Positions 44,593-54,360 of a DNA stretch of 64,000 nt are shown here, piece by piece. The notes under the pieces were generated by a model, which did not search any database, was not told where the DNA came from, and was given only the letters and a program-made list of their open reading frames with translations. Location: the IMG/VR virus record IMGVR_UViG_3300019378_000009, positions 1 through 64,000 of that record; one strand, written 5' to 3'. This stretch comes from a virus (taxonomy: Duplodnaviria > Caudoviricetes). Numbering within the stretch: the first letter of the stretch is position 1; each line of letters starts with the position of its first letter. A program made the position numbers and the translations under genes.

Positions 44593-45640
44593 AATTAGAC
44601 AATCTCTATCTGCGGACAATATTATGCAAATATTGTCCAAGTATAATGTTTATCCAGTAATGCAAACTGAAAGCGCTATTATTTTCCCTACTTGTTGTCA
44701 CAATGCAGTCGGCGGCTCAGCTAAATTGTATTACTATATGGATTCGTGCTTATTTCACTGTTATACAGAATGTAATGCTAGTTTTGATATTTTTGAATTA
44801 ATTATCAAAATTGAAAAGTTGCGCGGCAAAGATATTGTTTTATGGCAGGCATTGGATATTGCGGGAATTAATCCTCGTAGTGTTCAAGATATGAGTAATG
44901 ATACTGAATATCAAAAAGCAGTTGATTATATGTATCAGTTTACAAAGTCTATTTATAAAACTATGGATTTGCCGCCCATTGATGAGTCGGTGTTAAAGGC
45001 ATCTATTTTTAATACTGATGTTTTGTCCATATGGGAAATGGAGGGTATTACTCTATCAACTATGAAAAAATATAGTATAGGATATGACCCGATTGCAAAC
45101 TGTATTACAATACCAATTTTTGACGACAAAGGAAAGTTAATTAGTGTAAGAGGTAGATATTTGGCAGAAGAAGAAAATGTTAAATATAAGCCAATTACAT
45201 TTGGAAATAAAATTTTATCCGCGCCAAGTTCGCAAATATTATTCGGTTTAAATCAAACCATAAACGCAATTAAAAACACTAAAACTGCTGTTATATTTGA
45301 GTCAGAAAAGTCCGTGTTGATGATGGACAGCTATTTTGGAAAAAACAATAATAGCGTAGCGACACTTGGTAAAAATATTTCTAATCAGCATATACTTTTA
45401 TTAAAAAATGCTGGGGCAGAGGAAGTTATTTTGGCTTATGACGCGGATTATCGGACAGAAAAAGAAACAAAAAATAAATTTGAAGAATATAAAAAGATTG
45501 CAAAAACTTTAGCGCCATTTTTTAGTACGAGCGTTCTTATGGATTGGTCACATTTGTTACCATATAAAGCTTCGCCTATTGATTGTGGCAAAGAAATTTT
45601 TAATAAGTTATTGGAGAGTAGATATTATGTTAAATTTTAA
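44573..45640 (+). CDS. dnaG: DNA primase
   Basis: CCH..HCYTEC Zn finger, FESEKS, YDAD TOPRIM. Confidence 0.85.
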   Translation: MLMTLTEIRQSLSADNIMQILSKYNVYPVMQTESAIIFPTCCHNAVGGSAKLYYYMDSCLFHCYTECNASFDIFELIIKIEKLRGKDIVLWQALDIAGINPRSVQDMSNDTEYQKAVDYMYQFTKSIYKTMDLPPIDESVLKASIFNTDVLSIWEMEGITLSTMKKYSIGYDPIANCITIPIFDDKGKLISVRGRYLAEEENVKYKPITFGNKILSAPSSQILFGLNQTINAIKNTKTAVIFESEKSVLMMDSYFGKNNNSVATLGKNISNQHILLLKNAGAEEVILAYDADYRTEKETKNKFEEYKKIAKTLAPFFSTSVLMDWSHLLPYKASPIDCGKEIFNKLLESRYYVKF

Positions 45641-47384
45641 ATTAAATCCTAATGCAATTGATAGTAATTCTACTGCGCCTTTGGCTGATTATTTGCGCTC
45701 ATTGGGTATAGAAGCAGTAGAAGAATTTATGAAAGTTCCAAATAGATCAAATGAACTTGATGGGGAACTTTTAGAAAATGCTTTACATACAGTAGCTTGG
45801 TTAAATAAATTATTTACTGAAAATAAGAAATTCTTTTTAATTGTAGACTGCGACACTGACGGTTTTACATCCTCTGCAATATTTTATAATTATTTTAAAA
45901 AGCTGTTTCCGGATGCGGACATACAATGGATGTTACACGAAGAGAAGCAGCATGGTATAGAATTGGATAAAATACCAGAAGATAGGGAAGTTATTATAGT
46001 ACCAGATGCAGGTAGCAATCAGTTACATGAAATGGAAGTTCTAAATGCGCAGGGTAAATATGTATTTATTATGGATCACCACCAAGTAGAGAAGCCTATT
46101 CCCGTAGGCATGGAGTATATAACTGTGGTTAATAATCAGACGTCTGATTTATTTTCCAATAAGGCCTTAAGTGGTGCTGGAGTGACATTTAAAATTGTAC
46201 AACTATATGATAAAGTATATAATTGGCATGGTGCTAATGAACTGTATGATCTAGCAGCTTTGGGAATTATTGCAGACTGTATGGATAGCAGAACATTAGA
46301 TAATAATTATATTATCTACAGAGGATTAAACAATGTGGTTAATCCAATGTTTAAGGCACTTTTAGATAAGCAAGCGTATTCTATTGAAGGTGATATTCCT
46401 ACCAAAATTGATGTTGCATTTTATATTGCACCCCTGATTAATGGTACGATTAGGATGGGAACAATGGAAGAGAAAGAACTTCTGTTCCGTGGTTTTATTG
46501 AAACAAAACATACTGAATTTTATCCGCACGAATGGCGCGGCACCACTACGATGGAAGACTTTTATCATCGTTCTGCTCGTATAGCCTATAATGTAAAGAA
46601 CGAACAAAACAGGCTAAAGATGAAATGCTTGGAGTTTCTTCAGAAGCGTGTGGAAGAAAATGGTTTAAATAATAACCAAATTATTGCTGTTGTTGTATCA
46701 GATGATGACGAGGTAGTTGTTCCAAAAACCATTACCGGACTTGTGGCTATGGAATTGTTAAGACTATATGGTAAGCCATCACTAGTATTAAGACCGGTTA
46801 TCGACGCAGAAGGCAATAAAACTTTTGCAGGAAGCGGAAGAAGTTATAGTTATGAGCAACTTCCTTCATTTTTGCAGTTTGTACGCGACCAAGAAGAAAG
46901 CGTATACGCTCAAGGACATTCATGCGCGTTCGGTGCCTCTATTAAGGCGGAAGAGTTTGAACATTTTATTGAAACTTGTAATGAAAAAATGTCACATATT
47001 GATTTTTCCAACAATGCGATTATGGTAGACGCTATATTTGAGAATAATATAAACCCATTATTGATATACGAATTTGCTCAGGGAAAAGCCATATATGGCA
47101 ATAGCATACCACAACCGCAAATAGCAGTTCGCGCCAGAGTCAATAAAAATGATATTCGTATTATGGGAAAAGATGCAAGTAGCATTAGAATTACAATTAA
47201 AAACATTCCATTTGTAAAATTTAAAGACGCTGAACTGGCAAAAAAATTACAAAGCGCATCTAATTTTATAGTTACTGTTATAGGTAAGCCTGCTCTTAAT
47301 ACATATAATGGAGCGACTACCTCTCAAGTAAAAATTACTGATATAGAAGTTGAACCAATAGCTAATACTGGAGGATTATTTTAA
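45627..47384 (+). CDS. recJ: RecJ ssDNA exonuclease
   Basis: DCDTDG, DHH, SGAGV, GSGRS, GHSCAFG. Confidence 0.92.
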   Translation: MLNFKLNPNAIDSNSTAPLADYLRSLGIEAVEEFMKVPNRSNELDGELLENALHTVAWLNKLFTENKKFFLIVDCDTDGFTSSAIFYNYFKKLFPDADIQWMLHEEKQHGIELDKIPEDREVIIVPDAGSNQLHEMEVLNAQGKYVFIMDHHQVEKPIPVGMEYITVVNNQTSDLFSNKALSGAGVTFKIVQLYDKVYNWHGANELYDLAALGIIADCMDSRTLDNNYIIYRGLNNVVNPMFKALLDKQAYSIEGDIPTKIDVAFYIAPLINGTIRMGTMEEKELLFRGFIETKHTEFYPHEWRGTTTMEDFYHRSARIAYNVKNEQNRLKMKCLEFLQKRVEENGLNNNQIIAVVVSDDDEVVVPKTITGLVAMELLRLYGKPSLVLRPVIDAEGNKTFAGSGRSYSYEQLPSFLQFVRDQEESVYAQGHSCAFGASIKAEEFEHFIETCNEKMSHIDFSNNAIMVDAIFENNINPLLIYEFAQGKAIYGNSIPQPQIAVRARVNKNDIRIMGKDASSIRITIKNIPFVKFKDAELAKKLQSASNFIVTVIGKPALNTYNGATTSQVKITDIEVEPIANTGGLF

Positions 47385-47773
47385 TGGATACTTGGTATAA
47401 ATATAAAAACACTAGTTTTAAAATAGATTTAAACAAAGTTAATATTTCAAAACAAATTTGTTATGGGAACTTTTTATTGGCATCAATTTTGTGGAAAACA
47501 ATAAAGAGCAAGCCTTCACAGTCTATGTTCAATAAGTTTTTCTCTAATGCTGCTATTGTTCTTCAAGCAACAGTTGCGCAAAAGGGCTTTAACAACAAAG
47601 AAATTGGCGATGCTTATAATTATATTGATAAGATTACTAAGGATTTAATTGCAAATAGCAATAGCGCGGAAGATTATGCATTGATGCTTGGAAATATTTC
47701 CGAGTTCGATGATATGAACTACACTTTCACGGAATTGATTGCTTTTGTGCGGGCAATTGCGACAAAAATTTGA
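47384..47773 (+). CDS. hypothetical protein
   Basis: coupled to recJ. Confidence 0.7.
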   Translation: MDTWYKYKNTSFKIDLNKVNISKQICYGNFLLASILWKTIKSKPSQSMFNKFFSNAAIVLQATVAQKGFNNKEIGDAYNYIDKITKDLIANSNSAEDYALMLGNISEFDDMNYTFTELIAFVRAIATKI

Positions 47774-47828
47774 TTTTTTGTGAATTTTGTGTTATAATAT
47801 TAATAGAAAATAATAAAAGGAGAGTTTT

Positions 47829-50800
47829 ATGAATATTAATACATATGCAAGCTTGCATAATCATTCAGAGATCTCCAATCTGAAGTTAATAGATAGCATA
47901 AACAAAATTGAAGATTTAATCCAATATGCCGTGGATTTAGGATTGGCAGGAGTGGCTATAACAGACCACGACTCTGTTGGCGGCCATGTTCGTGCATGGA
48001 ATTATTACAACAGCCTGCCAGAAGAAGTAAGAAATAATTTTAAACTTATTCTTGGAAATGAGATTTATCTTTGTCGCAGTGACTTGACTGCAGAGACTCA
48101 TCAAAAAGGCGAAAAATTTTATCATCTTATTCTAATCGCTCTTGATGATATTGGTCACGAGCAAATTAGAGAATTAAGTACACGCGCTTGGTCTCGTTCT
48201 TATATGAAAGCAATTATGAGAACGCCAACTTATAGTGAAGACTTGTTTGATATTATTGGCGCAAACCCGGGGCATGTTATAGCAACAACTGCTTGTCTTG
48301 GTGGATATTGTGGCTCGAAATATGCGCTCAGAGAATATGAAGCAATTGAAAGACATCTTGGTATGATGGAAGAGCTGTTTGGTAAAGAGAACTTTTTTAT
48401 TGAACTACAACCCTCCAAACAATCTGACCAGTTGATGTATAATAAATATATGGCTGCGACATATTGGGATAGATATAATTTTATTTGCACAACAGACTCG
48501 CACTATTTGAAAAAAGATGATGCAGCAATTCATAAAGTATTCTTAAATTCTAAAAGCAGTGGTGACAGAGAAGTAGACAGTTTCTATGCCTCCGCTTATA
48601 TGATGGGATTTAAAGAAATACAAGAATATTTTGATAATGCTAATATGCATGACGAATTTATGCAAATGGCGGCAAATACACTTTCTATTTGCGAAAGAGT
48701 GCAAGGATATAATTTAAAACAAAACTCAATTATACCTAAAATTAAATATGAAAATAATTCAGAATCTGTATTGGCAGTTAATTCTTTTATAGAATGGGCA
48801 CAAACCATCACTTCTGATGTAGATTATATTCTTAAAATGTTTACGGAAGTTAATCCCGCAGATGTTTATATGCTTTATCTTGTTTCTCAAGGTTGGCACA
48901 AAATTAAAGACCTACCAAATCAAGAAAAATATATTGTAGAGTTAAACTACGAATGTGAACAATTATATAAAATTAGCAAGCAACTTGAACAAAGTATGAG
49001 CGACTATTTCATCACAATGGCAAAGATGATTGACATTATGTGGGAAGAAGCTGGTACACTTGTTGGTCCGGCTCGTGGTTCCGCAGGTAGTAGTTTGATT
49101 GCATATTTACTGGGTATTACACAGATTAATCCTCTTACTCAACCAGTAGAACTCCCATTCTGGCGCTTCCTACACGCAGAGAGACCTGGTCTTCCTGATA
49201 TTGATATAGATACAGAAGCCGATAAGCGAGTTGCTGTATTTAATAAGGTAAGAGATTATTTCCAGTCTCTTGGTGGAGATATGATACACGTATGTACATA
49301 CGGAACAGAAGGTAGTAAGTCTGCTATTAAAACCGCGGCAAGAGGTTTGGGTATAGATGATGATGTGGTTTCATATTTTAGTTCTATGATACCAAATGAA
49401 CGTGGTTTTGACTGGACATTGAAACAATGTTATCTTGGAGACGATGACCATCGCGCTATCCCCGCATTTAAAGCAGAAATGGATAAATATCCTATGTTGT
49501 GGAAAGTAGCAAGTGCCATTGAGGGCATGATAACTAGATTAGGTTGTCATGCTTCTGGTGTATTAGCTCTTAACCAACCTATTTGGAAAAATAACGCAGC
49601 GATGAAAACCAGCAAAGGCATTCTGGTAACCGCGTATGACCTGGAAGATACCGAGCAGTTAGGTGGAGTTAAATATGACTATCTTACTGTACAAGCACTG
49701 GATAAAATACATGTATGTATGAACTGGTTGCTTGAAGATAAGCATATAGAATGGCAAGGAGACTTGCGAAAAACATATACTAAATATATTTCACCTGATG
49801 CTATCAATTATACTGATAAAGGTATGTGGGATAGCTTGTGTAACAAAGAAATTCCTAGTACGTTCCAGTTTGATACGGCACAGGGAGGACAGGCAGTTAA
49901 TCTTATTCAGCCGCATAGTTTACTCGAGTTGTTAACAGGAAACTCTGTCATGAGACTTATGGCTCAAGATGGTGGTGAGTTACCTTTGGAGATATACGCA
50001 AAACATAAGGCAGACATTAATATTTGGTATAGAAAAATGCGCGAAGCAAACTTAAACGATGTAGAAATTCAAATTCTTGAATCACATTTGCTTCCCGTTT
50101 ATGGTGTTGCGGCGTCGCAGGAGTCAATGATGAAGTTGGCTATGGATGACAAGATTGCGGGCTTTACTATTGGTGAAGCGAACATTCTTCGTAAGGCAGT
50201 AGCAAAGAAAAAGAGAGATTTGCTTGAAAAAGGTAAAAATCTTTTCTATCAAAAAGGATTGGAAAGAGGAACCAGACTTGAGTTATTGGATTATGTATGG
50301 AATGTACAAATTATGACGCAGGCTGGTTATTCATTCAGTGACATTCACACAACTGCATATTCATATATAGCAATTCAGGAAATGAATTTGTGTTATTTTT
50401 ATCCTGATATTTATTGGAAAACTGCTTGTCTTTCTACAGATGCAGGCGCAATTAATGCAGAAGATTTTTATAACTTAAATGAGCAGAATATTGTAACGGC
50501 AACAGAAGAAGAAGATAAGCGTGAACAAAATAAGGTTCAATACGGTAAAATGGCAAGTGCCATTATTAAATTACAGGAATTTACTGAAGTTGCTCTGCCA
50601 GACATTAACAGCGCACGATTTGGTTTTACACCAAATGAACAAGACAATAGCGTAATGTTTGGGTTGAGAGGAATTTCTCGCGTTGGAGAGCCAATTATTC
50701 AAGCAATATTAGCCAAAAGACCTTTCACGTCTTTGGAAGACTTTTGTGAAAGAATGGTTGATGAAGATGGTAAGAAACAAATTAGTAAAGATAGGGTTGT

Positions 50801-51758
50801 TAATTTAATTAAGGCTGGTGCATTTAACCATATAGAAAATAAAGCAAGAGCAGAAATCTTATCTGATTATTTGCATAAAACTTGTGAGCCAAAAAGTCGT
50901 TTGACATTACAGAATTTTGCTATGTTAATTGCACATAACCTTATTCCGCAAGAATATAGTTATCAAATTAGAGTATATAATTTTACCAAATATATTCGCA
51001 AACAAAAGTTAGCAAGCAGTTATATTTTGGACTCAGTTGCGATGGATTTTTATATGGAAAATAACTATCCAATGACTTTTGTAAAACAAATGACCAATAC
51101 AGATGGCATGATTGTAAATACAATTTCTAAAACTACTTGGGACAGCATATATGAAAGTGAAATGAATAAAGTTCGCGCTTTTATAAAAAGCAATCATGAT
51201 GTTCTATTGAATAACTTAAATGAACAGTTGTTCGCGGCTGAGTGGAATAAGTATGCTAGCGGCGATGAGTTAAAATGGGAGCTTGATTCTATGAGTTTCT
51301 ATTATAGCGGACATCCACTAACTAAGGTAGAATTGCCTATTGAAATTTCTGGAGTAAAAGACTTGGTTGAGAACGAGTTTGATGGCTTTTGGACAATCAA
51401 AGGTAAGCAAGTGCCTAAATATAGATTGAGAACCATTATTGGCGCGGTTATTGATAAAGATACCACTAAAGGTACATTTACTTTGTCGTGTCCAGACGGA
51501 GTAATTAATGTTAAGGTATTTAAGCAACAATTTGCTCGATATGCGCACACTCTTTCTGAAACAGATGAAGAAGGAAATAAGACAGTGTTAGAAAATAGTT
51601 TCTTTGATAAGGGCACTTTTTTGGCTGTTACAGGCATTTTAAAAGGTGACACTTTTATGCCTAAAACTTATAGAAGCACTGGTTTTGATCCAATATTAAA
51701 AATTGTATTACAAGAAGATGGTTCATTAGATTATCTTATGCGCAAGGCGGAAGAATGA
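47829..51758 (+). CDS. dnaE: DNA polymerase III alpha subunit (no intein seen)
   Basis: PHP HNH/TDH, RGSAGSS, PDIDID, HASG, YSF..H..AY. Confidence 0.96.
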   Translation: MNINTYASLHNHSEISNLKLIDSINKIEDLIQYAVDLGLAGVAITDHDSVGGHVRAWNYYNSLPEEVRNNFKLILGNEIYLCRSDLTAETHQKGEKFYHLILIALDDIGHEQIRELSTRAWSRSYMKAIMRTPTYSEDLFDIIGANPGHVIATTACLGGYCGSKYALREYEAIERHLGMMEELFGKENFFIELQPSKQSDQLMYNKYMAATYWDRYNFICTTDSHYLKKDDAAIHKVFLNSKSSGDREVDSFYASAYMMGFKEIQEYFDNANMHDEFMQMAANTLSICERVQGYNLKQNSIIPKIKYENNSESVLAVNSFIEWAQTITSDVDYILKMFTEVNPADVYMLYLVSQGWHKIKDLPNQEKYIVELNYECEQLYKISKQLEQSMSDYFITMAKMIDIMWEEAGTLVGPARGSAGSSLIAYLLGITQINPLTQPVELPFWRFLHAERPGLPDIDIDTEADKRVAVFNKVRDYFQSLGGDMIHVCTYGTEGSKSAIKTAARGLGIDDDVVSYFSSMIPNERGFDWTLKQCYLGDDDHRAIPAFKAEMDKYPMLWKVASAIEGMITRLGCHASGVLALNQPIWKNNAAMKTSKGILVTAYDLEDTEQLGGVKYDYLTVQALDKIHVCMNWLLEDKHIEWQGDLRKTYTKYISPDAINYTDKGMWDSLCNKEIPSTFQFDTAQGGQAVNLIQPHSLLELLTGNSVMRLMAQDGGELPLEIYAKHKADINIWYRKMREANLNDVEIQILESHLLPVYGVAASQESMMKLAMDDKIAGFTIGEANILRKAVAKKKRDLLEKGKNLFYQKGLERGTRLELLDYVWNVQIMTQAGYSFSDIHTTAYSYIAIQEMNLCYFYPDIYWKTACLSTDAGAINAEDFYNLNEQNIVTATEEEDKREQNKVQYGKMASAIIKLQEFTEVALPDINSARFGFTPNEQDNSVMFGLRGISRVGEPIIQAILAKRPFTSLEDFCERMVDEDGKKQISKDRVVNLIKAGAFNHIENKARAEILSDYLHKTCEPKSRLTLQNFAMLIAHNLIPQEYSYQIRVYNFTKYIRKQKLASSYILDSVAMDFYMENNYPMTFVKQMTNTDGMIVNTISKTTWDSIYESEMNKVRAFIKSNHDVLLNNLNEQLFAAEWNKYASGDELKWELDSMSFYYSGHPLTKVELPIEISGVKDLVENEFDGFWTIKGKQVPKYRLRTIIGAVIDKDTTKGTFTLSCPDGVINVKVFKQQFARYAHTLSETDEEGNKTVLENSFFDKGTFLAVTGILKGDTFMPKTYRSTGFDPILKIVLQEDGSLDYLMRKAEE

Positions 51759-52888
51759 TGATAGTTTTAATTTTAGATTTAGATTGGATATTTGATAAAA
51801 GCGAATTACCAAATGTAGATTGTATGAAGCTGTCGTCATTTCACAAGCAGCGCAAAGACACTGTATATTTTGTAGGAGATATGTCTGAGCTAACCATGAC
51901 ATATGATAGATTGTATGTATTCGGTGAATCGGACAGCACTCCCACGATGAGTTCAAAAATTTTAAATGATGAACGCACAGTATTATTTGGAAAAAGATTT
52001 GAGTTATGTGGTGCTAAAAAGTTGGGTACGGTAGTTATGGGATGTCGCCCTGATTATTTGCTTTATGATGTAACAGATGAAAAAAGTAACTCATATATAA
52101 AAGCTAATTTTGTAACTTTTTATACTGATTGCGGCGAAAAAATACAAAAGCGACAATCTTGGAAAAATACAAAAAAGGGTGTAAAGCGTACTATAGTTAC
52201 TGATACTACTTTATGGCGGCAAAAACCAGAAGAAATTGAACAGTGTTTTGAAGAATTAAAAGGCGAAAAAAATATTGTTTTTTTAGCACCAATTTCCATT
52301 AAATTTTTAATCGACAACAGAAGTGTTCAAGAAAAATTTTTTAGATTACATTTCTCAAAAGGTACAAAATTTAAGTGGAGAAATGATATTGGTAGCGACG
52401 AACAATCAGCACAAAAAATTGTGTCATTTTTAAATGATTTTCGTAAACATACAAAAAGCAACATTGGTGCAATCCCAATTCGCGCTATAGAACAGGGCGA
52501 AGTAGAATTGGAAAGTTTAAAACGACTTATTAAAGTTTTTGCCATATTTAAACAAAATAAAATTAAATGCTTTTTGCCGCCAATAGAACATTTGGAGCGT
52601 ATTACATTTCAATGGTTGCGTTCTTGGTGTGAAAAAGGATTTGAAAACAGTTTTATTGAGGAAATGGTATTTTTTGCTTCTGCTTCAAAAGGCACTAGAT
52701 GGTTTCATATTATAAATGAGCCAAAATATTGGGGTACGCAAAAAACGAAGTTTTTAATTAACTTATTGTGTTTTAATGAATGGAGAGAACTATTGCCACA
52801 AATGAGCGTACAATGGGGCAATAATAGCATTGACTGTTCTTGTATAGACTTCAATATAATAGACAAATACGCATTTTCATTAATATAG
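51755..52888 (+). CDS. hypothetical protein, degenerate radical-SAM-like
   Basis: PN.DCMKLSSFHK..D.V and PDY.LY motifs; no CxxxCxxC. Confidence 0.55.
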   Translation: MMIVLILDLDWIFDKSELPNVDCMKLSSFHKQRKDTVYFVGDMSELTMTYDRLYVFGESDSTPTMSSKILNDERTVLFGKRFELCGAKKLGTVVMGCRPDYLLYDVTDEKSNSYIKANFVTFYTDCGEKIQKRQSWKNTKKGVKRTIVTDTTLWRQKPEEIEQCFEELKGEKNIVFLAPISIKFLIDNRSVQEKFFRLHFSKGTKFKWRNDIGSDEQSAQKIVSFLNDFRKHTKSNIGAIPIRAIEQGEVELESLKRLIKVFAIFKQNKIKCFLPPIEHLERITFQWLRSWCEKGFENSFIEEMVFFASASKGTRWFHIINEPKYWGTQKTKFLINLLCFNEWRELLPQMSVQWGNNSIDCSCIDFNIIDKYAFSLI

Positions 52889-52896
52889 GAGAATTT

Positions 52897-53457
52897 ATGA
52901 AGCAATTATTTTTAGATATAGAAACGACAGGTTTTAGCAGAGATTGGAATGAAATTATAGAACTTGCGGCAGTTTTATATGATGATCAAAAGAAAGAAAT
53001 GATAGATAGTTTCCATATGTATGCAAGACCGATTAAAGGCATTCCCGCTAATATTACCGAACTAACCGGTATTACTAATGAACAGGTAGCTAATTGTGGG
53101 CCAGAGTGGGATATGTTATTAGACTTTTGTGATTGGTATGATAACCATAGTGCAGAACAAATTATAGGTCATAATTGCAAAGCTTTTGATTTACAATTTA
53201 TAAAAGCTAAGTGTGATAAATATCATTTAACTTGGAAGGGTGAAACTGTGCCAATTGTAGATACCTTATCCTATGCAAGACAATTGAAGAAGAAAGGTTT
53301 GCTTAATACCGAAAATCTTAAACAGACAACCATTGGTGCGCATTTTGGAATTAACTATGAAGCGCATTCAGCATTATCAGATGTAAGAGCCTTAATTAAA
53401 ATTTATCAAAAAATGTTAGAATGTGAAACTCCCAATCGTGCAAATTTGGGATTTTAA
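52897..53457 (+). CDS. DnaQ-like DEDDh exonuclease
   Basis: DIETTG, HN..FD, HSALSD. Confidence 0.92.
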   Translation: MKQLFLDIETTGFSRDWNEIIELAAVLYDDQKKEMIDSFHMYARPIKGIPANITELTGITNEQVANCGPEWDMLLDFCDWYDNHSAEQIIGHNCKAFDLQFIKAKCDKYHLTWKGETVPIVDTLSYARQLKKKGLLNTENLKQTTIGAHFGINYEAHSALSDVRALIKIYQKMLECETPNRANLGF

Positions 53458-53469
53458 GAGGTGAATAAA

Positions 53470-53622
53470 ATGAATAAAGACTTATCTGCTTTTAGCACAG
53501 AAGAATTGGAAAACATGTACGAACAATGTCGCGTAGAAATGAGTAAAATGATTTTTAATCCAGATTTTGTTCTTATGTGTGCGGCAATAGAACAAGAATT
53601 AGATAAAAGAGGAAAACAATGA
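53470..53622 (+). CDS. hypothetical 50-aa protein
   Basis: GAGGTG SD, ATGA overlap. Confidence 0.55.
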   Translation: MNKDLSAFSTEELENMYEQCRVEMSKMIFNPDFVLMCAAIEQELDKRGKQ

Positions 53623-54323
53623 GTATTTCAAGAAACTCTGTTCTTGAAACTTTGACGCAAAAAGGTTTTAAATGCACTAATATACAAGAGTATAAAACTT
53701 TAGATACTGTACTACAATTAGAGTGTTCTGTTGGACATAAAATTTGTGCAGACTTTCGTACTGCGCGAGACGATAGATTTTATTGTCCCATATGCGAGGG
53801 TAAGAAAAGTTTAGGCACGCTTGTGTTTCATAAAGAACCACCAAAGAAAAATGGCAAGCGTATTGTTGCCATTGATAATGCAACCAAACATGCAGGCGTG
53901 GCAGTATTTGACAATGGTAAATTAGTACATTATGAATTGAAAGAGTTCGAAGGCGAACTAATTGATAGACTGCTTGCAAATCGTAACTACATACGAGATG
54001 TAGTAATTAAGGGTTGGCAAGCTGATTTAATTGTATTGGAAGATATACAATTGCAGAAAAATGTTACTATCTTTAAGACCTTATCTATGTTGAGAGGCAG
54101 TTCTATGGTTGCTATTAGAGAGTGCGGAATCACTTGTGAGGTTGTTCCTAGCGCCACTTGGAGGTCTCATTTTATGATTAAGGGTGATCGAATTGCGGAA
54201 AAGGCTCAAGCAATAGATAAAGTTATGGATATGTATGGCGTTAAGGTTGTAGACGATATTGCAGAAGCGATATTGTTAGGTAAATATTCTGCTGACGCAG
54301 CAAAAGTTACCAAGTTGTTTTAA
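53619..54323 (+). CDS. RuvC-like Holliday junction resolvase with N-terminal Zn finger
   Basis: AIDNAT..G, VLEDI, W, K, DDIAEA; C..H..CPIC. Confidence 0.85.
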   Translation: MSISRNSVLETLTQKGFKCTNIQEYKTLDTVLQLECSVGHKICADFRTARDDRFYCPICEGKKSLGTLVFHKEPPKKNGKRIVAIDNATKHAGVAVFDNGKLVHYELKEFEGELIDRLLANRNYIRDVVIKGWQADLIVLEDIQLQKNVTIFKTLSMLRGSSMVAIRECGITCEVVPSATWRSHFMIKGDRIAEKAQAIDKVMDMYGVKVVDDIAEAILLGKYSADAAKVTKLF

Positions 54324-54324
54324 T

Positions 54325-54360
54325 GAAAAAAGGACAGTATAATTACTGTCCTTTTCTTTT
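54325..54360. terminator. bidirectional terminator between convergent modules
   Basis: AAAAGGACAGTA/TACTGTCCTTTT. Confidence 0.88.

Noticed and set aside
23519-51758. Inteins or introns in nrdD, gyrA/B, dnaB, dnaE
   Set aside because: Frames are continuous, sizes normal, and no intein terminal motifs were seen.
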